Of a stretch of DNA of 64,000 nt, positions 57,415 through 64,000 are shown piece by piece. The stretch is from positions 3,616,001 to 3,680,000 of the forward strand of contig OZ251459.1 of the NCBI GenBank assembly GCA_965242525.1, given 5' to 3'. The translations under genes and the position numbers were made by a program. Source of the stretch: an uncultured Candidatus Binatia bacterium. GTDB taxonomy: Bacteria > Desulfobacterota > Binatia > UBA9968 > JAJDTQ01. The notes beneath the pieces were generated by a model. It was given only the letters and a program-made list of their open reading frames with translations. It was not told the DNA's origin and searched no databases. The first letter of the stretch is position 1. Every line of letters starts with the position of its first letter.

Positions 57415-58524
57415 ATGGGATGGGTTGACGCCGACGCGCACGTGGTGGAAAGCCCGAGGACGTGGGACTACCTCACGCCGTCGGAGCAGAAGCATCGGCC
57501 TTCCCTCTTCGATCCCGACGACGGGACGCAGCGGCAGAACTGGGTCATCGACGGGAAGATCCGCGGCCTGTTCCGGTTCGCCTTCACCGAGGAGGCGCTG
57601 GTGGAGCGGTCGCGGAAAGTCGGCCGGCAGATGACCACCAGCACCGAGACCCGGGACGTGGCCAACGTGGGCGCGCGCCTGCGGCACATGGACGAGCTCG
57701 GCATCGACGTGCAGGTCCTCTACCCCAGCATCTTCCTCGACCAGTGCACCGAGCGCACGGAAGTGGAAGTGGCGCTTTGCGGCGCCTACAACCGCTGGCT
57801 CGCCGACATCTGGAAGGAAAGCGGCGACCGCCTGCGCTGGATGTGCGTGCTCCCCTTCCTCAGCATGCCGGACGCACTGGACCAACTGCGCTTCGCCAGG
57901 GAGAACGGCGCCTGCGGGGTCTTCATGCGGCCTCTGGAGGGACCCCGGGGCGTGGACGACCCCTACTTCTTCCCGGTTTACGAGGAGGCGTCGAAACTCG
58001 ACCTGGCCATGGGCCTGCACCAGTCCAACGGCAACGCCGGCGTGGTGGACCTGCTGGCCAACTCCGACGGCACCCGCGACTTCTTCAACCAGTACCGCAT
58101 CTTCAACGTGGGCGCGTTCTTCCGGCTGGTGAACTCCGGCGTGCCCAAGGCCTTTCCCAAGCTCCGGTTCGGCTTCATCGAGACCGCGGCTTCGTGGATC
58201 CCCTGGGTCATCTACGAGCTGCGGCGCCGCATGGACACGGTGGACCACCGGCTGCCCGACGACCTCCTGGAGCAGTACGGCCTGTACGTCACCTGCCAGA
58301 TCGGCGACGACGTGCCGTACCTGATGCAGCACGCCGGCGAGGGCGCGCTGATGATCGGCACCGACTACGGACACGCCGATTCCTCCACGGAACTCGAAGC
58401 CCTCGCCTCGCTCAGGGAGACCGGCGGCATCAGCGCGGCCATGCACGCGAGGATCGTGGACGACAACCCGCGCCGCTTCTACGGGCTGCAGGACCACGGC
58501 GAACCGGGAAGGAACCCGCCATGA
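57415..58524 (+). CDS. Amidohydrolase_2 family protein
   Basis: VDADAHVVE, GIDVQVLYPS, AYNRWL, GTDYGHAD. Confidence 0.88.
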   Translation: MGWVDADAHVVESPRTWDYLTPSEQKHRPSLFDPDDGTQRQNWVIDGKIRGLFRFAFTEEALVERSRKVGRQMTTSTETRDVANVGARLRHMDELGIDVQVLYPSIFLDQCTERTEVEVALCGAYNRWLADIWKESGDRLRWMCVLPFLSMPDALDQLRFARENGACGVFMRPLEGPRGVDDPYFFPVYEEASKLDLAMGLHQSNGNAGVVDLLANSDGTRDFFNQYRIFNVGAFFRLVNSGVPKAFPKLRFGFIETAASWIPWVIYELRRRMDTVDHRLPDDLLEQYGLYVTCQIGDDVPYLMQHAGEGALMIGTDYGHADSSTELEALASLRETGGISAAMHARIVDDNPRRFYGLQDHGEPGRNPP

Positions 58525-59555
58525 TCGGCTACCCTGTCATCGACGCGGACGGACACCTGACCGAGCCCATGACGGCCTACCGGGAACGGATACCGGAGCC
58601 TTACAACACCGCCCGGGAGTTGTTCCCCCAGGACGGCTGGGACCGGGACCTGGGGCGCATGGGGCACCGGGTGGCGGACCCCGAGCGGGAGCTGTCGGAC
58701 ATGGACGCGGAGGGCATCGACACCGCGGTGCTCTTCCCCACCGCGGGCCTGAGCATCGGCAACGTGCGCGACCCGGCCCGGGCCCGGGTGCTGGCCAGCG
58801 CCTACAACCGGTGGCTCCACGAGTTCTGCAGCGCCGACCCCGCCCGCATCAAGGGCGTGGGCATCGTGGCGCTGCAGGAAGTCGAGAGCGCGGTGGAGGA
58901 GCTCGGTCGGCTGGTGGAGCTGGGCATGGTGGCGGTGCAGGCGCCGACCTACGTGGCTTGGCGCAAGCTGTCGGACCGGGAACTAGACCCGTTCTACGAG
59001 GCGGTGGAGCGGCTGGACGTGCCCATCGCCGTCCACAGCCAGCCCCGGGACGCCGCGGGCACGGACCGGTTCGACAAGTTCCTGGCCATCCATGCGGTGA
59101 CCCATCCGTTCGAGCAGATGATCGCCATGACCCAGCTCATCTTCGGCGGCGTGCTGGAGCGCTATCCCGGTTTGCGGGTGGGGTTCCTGGAGTCCGGCGC
59201 CGGTTGGGTCCCTTACTGGATGGACCGGCTGGACGAGGAGTGGGAGAAGCGGGGCGACGTGGAGGCGCCGCTGTGCACGCGCCCGCCCAGCGAGTACGTG
59301 CGCAGCGGCCGGTGCTACTTCGGCGTGGAGTGCGGGGAGCTCACCCTGCCCGACGCCATCCGACACATCGGCGACCGCTGCCTGTTGTATTCGTCGGACA
59401 ACCCCCACTGGGACACGGACTGGCCCCACTCGGTGGCGAAACTGCGCAAGCGCGACGACCTCACCGACGAGAACAAGCACCGCATCCTGTGCCGGAACGC
59501 CGCGGACTTCTACCGCGTGCCCGTATGCGAGACGGCCGCCGCGCCCGCGGCCTGA
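58521..59555 (+). CDS. Amidohydrolase_2 family protein
   Basis: IDADGHLTE, LESGAGW, SSDNPHWD; ATGA overlap with upstream gene. Confidence 0.88.
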   Translation: MIGYPVIDADGHLTEPMTAYRERIPEPYNTARELFPQDGWDRDLGRMGHRVADPERELSDMDAEGIDTAVLFPTAGLSIGNVRDPARARVLASAYNRWLHEFCSADPARIKGVGIVALQEVESAVEELGRLVELGMVAVQAPTYVAWRKLSDRELDPFYEAVERLDVPIAVHSQPRDAAGTDRFDKFLAIHAVTHPFEQMIAMTQLIFGGVLERYPGLRVGFLESGAGWVPYWMDRLDEEWEKRGDVEAPLCTRPPSEYVRSGRCYFGVECGELTLPDAIRHIGDRCLLYSSDNPHWDTDWPHSVAKLRKRDDLTDENKHRILCRNAADFYRVPVCETAAAPAA

Positions 59556-59556
59556 C

Positions 59557-59628
59557 CATTGCTCCGCAGACGCAACCCTCGTCTCCGCAGACGCCCACCC
59601 CCGTCATTCCCGCGAAAGCGGGAATCCA
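59557..59628. repeat. Family C REP half element
   Basis: CCGCAGACGCCCACCCCCGTCATTCCCGCGAAAGCGGGAATCC. Confidence 0.7.
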
Positions 59629-59667
59629 TCACCCGAACCGGTCGGAAGGCCGCCGGGGAGCGCCGGT

Positions 59668-59988
59668 TTACAGCGTCCCCGAACTCTTGACCGCGGGCAT
59701 GTGGACTTCCGGCCCTTCGTCCTCGTCGATCCAGCCGCCGGACTCCGCTTCCTTCAGCACGTTCAGGATGGTGTCCACCAGGTTCCGGGCGGACTCGACG
59801 CTCAACTCCACGGCCACGCGGGCGCCCGTCCCCTCCGCCTCGTTGACGAAGTCGATGTTGAGCGAGTGCTCCCGAAAGGCATGGTACGGGTGGTCGTAGG
59901 CGACGTTGGCCTGGTTCACCCGGAACCACTCCTCGGAGCTCTTGCCGCTGCCTTCCATGACGACCTTCCTGGCGATCATCGTGCACAT
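59668..59988 (-). CDS. Conserved small protein (DUF6295-like)
   Basis: MCT start, GSGK..WF, YDHP.H..EH.LNIDF, RVAVELS. Confidence 0.7.
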   Translation of the reverse strand: MCTMIARKVVMEGSGKSSEEWFRVNQANVAYDHPYHAFREHSLNIDFVNEAEGTGARVAVELSVESARNLVDTILNVLKEAESGGWIDEDEGPEVHMPAVKSSGTL

Positions 59989-60003
59989 GTGATTCTCCTT
60001 CGA

Positions 60004-60207
60004 GGAACGTCTGATCCATTCCGCCTTGGACTCCCCTTCCCTGCGGGAAAGCGCGTCCTTCGACTTCGCTTCGCTACGCTCAGGATGAACGGGGGACTAC
60101 GCTACGCTTAGCACGAACGGGGTACTTCACATTGCTACGCTCAGGATGAATGAAGAACTGCACTTCGCTACGCTCGGGACGAACGAGGATAATCGTTCAG
60201 GGTTTCC
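60004..60207. mobile_element. Family B MITE with TCGA target duplication and four internal units
   Basis: TCGA|GGAACGTCTGATC ... GTTCAGGGTTTCC|TCGA. Confidence 0.8.
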
Positions 60208-60279
60208 TCGACCGTCCTCGGCGTTCCGGGGAAGCCCGGGCCGAACCTCCGTTCGTGGGCTCGGCCCGGACCGCCCGCG

Positions 60280-61035
60280 CTAGGCAAGCTGTTTCGCGAA
60301 GAAACCGAGGAGCTTCTTCCAGCCGTCCACCGCCTGCTCCTGACGATAGACGGGACGGTCGTAATAGAAGAAGCCGTGGCCCGCTCCGTCGTAGCGATGG
60401 AACTCGTAGTCCTTGCCGTGCTTCTTGAGCTCGGCCTCGTGCTGGTCCACCTGTTCCGGGGTCGGGCTCTTGTCGTCGTTGCCGAACAGTCCCAGGATCG
60501 GGCACGAAAGGTCCGCGGTGTAGTCGATGGGGGCAACCGGCTGCTTCTCGGTGAGGTCGTCCTTGCCCGCCACCACGCGGCCGCCCCAGCACTCCACCAC
60601 CGCGTCGAAGCCCTTGGCGCGGCAGGCGGTCAGAAAGGCGTGGCGCCCCCCCGAGCAGGTGCCCCATATCCCCACCTTGCCGTTGTGGTAGGGAAGCGAG
60701 CGCAGGTAGTTCATGGCGCCGACGCAGTCCCCCACCACCTGGTCGTCGGCCACGCCTCCGTCGGCCCGCACCTTGGCCGCCACGTCTTCCGGCGTGCCGT
60801 GGCCGGCACGGAAGTAGAGGTTGGGCGAAAGGGTGGCGAAGCCGTGGTGCGCCAACCGCCGGGCGGCTTCCCGGTACCACTCGTCCCAGCCGGGCAGGTG
60901 GTGGATGGCCACCACTCCGGGGAACGGCCCCTTGCCCAGCGGACGCGCATAGTAGGCGTTGATGGTGTCGCCGTTGGCGCCGGTCATGGTGATGGTCTCG
61001 GCCAGCATCCCCTCGTATTGGTCGGTCTCGTACAT
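60280..61035 (-). CDS. Dienelactone hydrolase family protein
   Basis: GTCSGG nucleophile, FGNDDKSP, YDGAGHGF. Confidence 0.9.
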   Translation of the reverse strand: MYETDQYEGMLAETITMTGANGDTINAYYARPLGKGPFPGVVAIHHLPGWDEWYREAARRLAHHGFATLSPNLYFRAGHGTPEDVAAKVRADGGVADDQVVGDCVGAMNYLRSLPYHNGKVGIWGTCSGGRHAFLTACRAKGFDAVVECWGGRVVAGKDDLTEKQPVAPIDYTADLSCPILGLFGNDDKSPTPEQVDQHEAELKKHGKDYEFHRYDGAGHGFFYYDRPVYRQEQAVDGWKKLLGFFAKQLA

Positions 61036-61317
61036 GGTTTCCTCCTTGAGATTTTCTTTCCCGCGATTCCGAAGCCGCGGCGCCCGGACGCCCGATCCGG
61101 CGCCGCGGCCCGCGGACAGAACTAATAACAAGGCGCACGGAAATTCAACCCCTCGGCCCGGTCCGCGCGTCTTGACGCATCGCCGCGCCCTTCGGTAGAG
61201 TGGCAGGCGGTTGCCCGACACGGGCCATGACGAAGCCAGTATCCCGAAGCCGACCGTCCGGCCCGCGCATCCCGCGCCCCGGACCATCGGCCGCTCGGGC
61301 GCAAAGGAGGACTACCC

Positions 61318-62430
61318 ATGTTCGTCTGTCTATCCCCTGGAGGCCAGTTGCTGACCCAAGGCGAGAGCCCCTGCGAGAGGCTGCTGGTGGGCACGGTGGA
61401 AGGCGTCTTCTCGTTCCGCCGGGAAAACGGATCGTGGCGCCGCGACGGCGTGCACCTGCCCGGAAAGCACGCCAGCTCGGTCATCTTCGAGCCCGTCACC
61501 GGGACCCTCTTCGTGGGCACCTACGGCTGCGAGGTCTTCACCAGCGCCGACCGGGGCCGCACCTGGGAGAAACGGGACCGCGGCATCGGCGACAAGGAGG
61601 TCTATTCGTTGGCGGCCCAGACGGTGCGCGGCAAGCCCAGGGTCTATGCCGGCACCCAACCGGCGCACCTCTACTACAGCGACGACCTGGGCGAGAGCTG
61701 GACCGAGTTGCCGGGGCTGCGCCAAGCGCCGGGGGTCGAGAAGTGGACGTTCCCCGCGCCGCCGCACCAAGCCCACGCCAAGAGCATCACGTTCCATCCC
61801 GAGGACCCAGACGTCATCCACGTGGCGGTGGAAGTAGGGGGCTTCCTGCGCAGCACCGACGGCGGCGCCACCTGGACCACCATCGACAACATCAACCCGG
61901 ACGCCCACCGCGTGCTGATTCCATACAACGACCCGGACAAGCTGTACGGCACCGCGCCCACCACCAACTGCGGACCGGAGGTCACCGCGGGTTTCTGCGT
62001 CAGCAGCGACGGGGGCGCCACCTGGAAGAGCATGACGCCCCGGGACTTCCGTATCGGCTACGTGGACCCGTTCTTCGTCCACCCACAGGACCCCAACCTG
62101 TTGTTCGTGGCCGGCGCCAAGACCGGCCCCGGGACTTGGCGCAAGCTCCACACCGCGGACGCCCGGGTCGCCCGCAGCCGCGACGGCGGCGCCACCTGGG
62201 ACATCCTCGGCGAGGGTCTCCCCGAGCACATCCGCGCCAACATCGAGGGGATGGCCATGGACGCATGGAACGGCGGCTACGCCATCTTCGCCGGCACCAC
62301 CGACGGCGACATCTTCTACAGCGACGACGAGGGCGACCACTGGACCACCCTCGCCGCAGGCATCGGGCCGGTCTCCAAGTCCCACCACCACGTCAACCTC
62401 TCCCTGGAGGCCGCCGCGGCGCATCACTAG
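61318..62430 (+). CDS. BNR/Asp-box repeat beta-propeller protein
   Basis: Repeated S.D.G.(T/S/H)W boxes (SADRGRTW, SDDLGESW, STDGGATW, SSDGGATW, SRDGGATW, SDDEGDHW). Confidence 0.85.
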   Translation: MFVCLSPGGQLLTQGESPCERLLVGTVEGVFSFRRENGSWRRDGVHLPGKHASSVIFEPVTGTLFVGTYGCEVFTSADRGRTWEKRDRGIGDKEVYSLAAQTVRGKPRVYAGTQPAHLYYSDDLGESWTELPGLRQAPGVEKWTFPAPPHQAHAKSITFHPEDPDVIHVAVEVGGFLRSTDGGATWTTIDNINPDAHRVLIPYNDPDKLYGTAPTTNCGPEVTAGFCVSSDGGATWKSMTPRDFRIGYVDPFFVHPQDPNLLFVAGAKTGPGTWRKLHTADARVARSRDGGATWDILGEGLPEHIRANIEGMAMDAWNGGYAIFAGTTDGDIFYSDDEGDHWTTLAAGIGPVSKSHHHVNLSLEAAAAHH

Positions 62431-62595
62431 CGCCGCACCGAACCGTACCGCGGGCATGGCCCTGCCGTTCCCGTTCCCACGAGGAACAAGGGCCATGATT
62501 TCGCTCTTCCCGCTTCGTGTAGGCAGGTTTCACGGGTGTAGGCGCCCTCTCCCCTGAGACAGACGCGGCGAGAACTGGAGGCAGGCGGCAACGTT

Positions 62596-62768
62596 CCCTC
62601 CCCCCTTGAGGGGGAGGGCAGGGAGGGGGGTACGGCGAGGTTGCGGAGGGAGTCCTCTACACGGACCGATCCAACCCGTTTCAGCCGTCCGTCTGTTGGC
62701 GCTGACGTCGATCGGTCCGGTTGCACTGGGGACCCCCCACCCTAACCCTCCCCCTCAAGGGGGGAGGG
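62596..62768. repeat. Third palindromic repeat family (inverted pair)
   Basis: CCCTCCCCCCTTGAGGGGGAGGG... and CCCTAACCCTCCCCCTCAAGGGGGGAGGG. Confidence 0.65.
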
Positions 62769-62896
62769 AATCGGAGTTCTCCGCAATGCCGAACCGGGAC
62801 AGCAAAATGGGAATCGGACCTCATCGCATGGGAGGGAGACACAACCCACTCGAAATCCTGAAGCGCCACAAGGGATTACCCGGTTGACTGCATTGA

Positions 62897-62956
62897 GGAA
62901 ACTCTGAATCAATAACCCCGTTCGTCCTGAGCGTAGCGAAGCGAAGTCGAAGGACG
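62897..62956. repeat. Family B MITE half element
   Basis: GGAAACTCTGAA end plus core hairpin. Confidence 0.65.
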
Positions 62957-62979
62957 CCGGAACCGGCGGCGGGGCGTCC

Positions 62980-64000
62980 GTGGAAACGGTTGTGCTCATC
63001 CTGTCATACGTGCGGATTGCGGTCCTGAGCCTGCTGCTGCTTCTCGAGCAGTTGGGCGGCGAGGGGTTCCGGAGGCTCCGGCGGCGCTGGCGCCGGCGGC
63101 CCTCGGTGCGCTCGTTGACCGTGGTTTCACGGGGCCGGCGGCTGGCCGCGGACCTCCATGGGGTGGAGGGGACGGGGCCGCGTCCGGGCATCGTCCTGAC
63201 CCACGGTGTGATCGAGTCGGGCAAGGACGACCCGCGCCTGGTGGACTTGGCCGCACGGCTTGCGGGCTGCGGGTTCGTGGTCCTCGTGCCCGAACTCCCG
63301 GGCCTCAAGTCCCTCCGGCTGGAGATGGAGGAGTCGGAAGACGTGGCCGCGGCCTTCCGCCTGCTCCTGTCGCTGGACGAGGTGGACGAGGACCGGGCCG
63401 GCCTGTTCGGCTTCAGCTTCGGCGTCGGTCCCGCGCTCAAGGCGGCGACGGACCCGTCCATCCGGGAGAAGGTGAAGTTCGTGGTGTCGTTCGGCGGTTA
63501 CTTCGACGCCGTCAACGTGCTCCGCTACGTCACCACCGGCCGGGACGAGTTTCGGGGCCACCGGCACCTCCAGCCGCCGGCCGCGTACGCCCGCCGCGTA
63601 TTGACGGAGAACCTCCTGCACCGCGTACCCGGAGACCGGGACCGCGCCATCCTGTCCGGCCTGCTCGACCACGGACCCTCCGACCCGGAGCGGGAAGTCC
63701 CGCGGCCCTCGCCGGACCAGCTCACGGAAGGCGGGAGGGCCGTGTACGAGCTGATCCGCAACCGGGACCCGGCCCGGGTCCCGAGCCTGGCGGAGGCCGT
63801 GGACCCCGCGGTGCGTGACTACCTGGAGAGCCTTTCCCTGCGCACGGTGGCGCCGCAGGTCAAGGCCCGGGTGCTCATGGGCCACGGCGACACCGACCCG
63901 CTGGTTCCCTCCACCGAGAGCCTGCGGCTGGCGGACGCGCTGCCGGACCCGGGGCGGGTGCACACCGTCATCCTGAACGTGGTCACCCATGTGGACGCGC
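62980..64000 (+). CDS. Alpha/beta hydrolase with N-terminal hydrophobic segment; runs off the window edge
   Basis: Manual translation from GTG 62980: PGIVLTHG, GFSFG nucleophile elbow, HGDTDPLVP. Confidence 0.8.
   Translation, partial: METVVLILSYVRIAVLSLLLLLEQLGGEGFRRLRRRWRRRPSVRSLTVVSRGRRLAADLHGVEGTGPRPGIVLTHGVIESGKDDPRLVDLAARLAGCGFVVLVPELPGLKSLRLEMEESEDVAAAFRLLLSLDEVDEDRAGLFGFSFGVGPALKAATDPSIREKVKFVVSFGGYFDAVNVLRYVTTGRDEFRGHRHLQPPAAYARRVLTENLLHRVPGDRDRAILSGLLDHGPSDPEREVPRPSPDQLTEGGRAVYELIRNRDPARVPSLAEAVDPAVRDYLESLSLRTVAPQVKARVLMGHGDTDPLVPSTESLRLADALPDPGRVHTVILNVVTHVDA

Noticed and set aside
1-64000. tRNA/rRNA genes, integrase, intact transposase, prophage or reverse transcriptase
   Set aside because: No recognisable motifs by eye; tRNAscan-SE/Infernal and HMM searches were not run, so small ncRNAs could be missed.

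Overview
High-GC bacterial chromosomal window with no rRNA, tRNA or CRISPR array seen. The gene content (many paralogous Rieske oxygenases, amidohydrolases, Gfo/Idh/MocA dehydrogenases, a passenger-less autotransporter barrel) resembles Binatia/Deltaproteobacteria-like or sponge-symbiont genomes; this is inference only. Backbone genes include trmJ, a DsbA-like protein, a TRAP transporter, pstSCAB with a Pho-box-like array, pgi, and two aromatic-catabolism clusters (about 17.9-34.2 kb and 38.7-43.0 kb). Defence or accessory modules are interspersed: a WYL-HIRAN-membrane protein module, an orphan Dam-like methylase, a type II R-M pair, and an SF1 helicase-Vsr/DUF559 gene next to a Fic gene. The best candidate for an undescribed system is a non-canonical DNA phosphorothioation (PT) locus at 43.1-48.9 kb: dndA/iscS coupled to a short dndC, then a ParB-HTH-only protein, a sulfur-binding-domain HNH nuclease and an ABC-type ATPase, with no dndB/D/E or dndFGH in the window. 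Intergenic DNA is dense with composite miniature elements: MITEs with IS-like terminal repeats (three with perfect 4-bp target duplications) carrying REP-like hairpins, and REP pairs enclosing decayed GIY-YIG nuclease tails. All product calls rest on motif recognition by eye; no database search was run.
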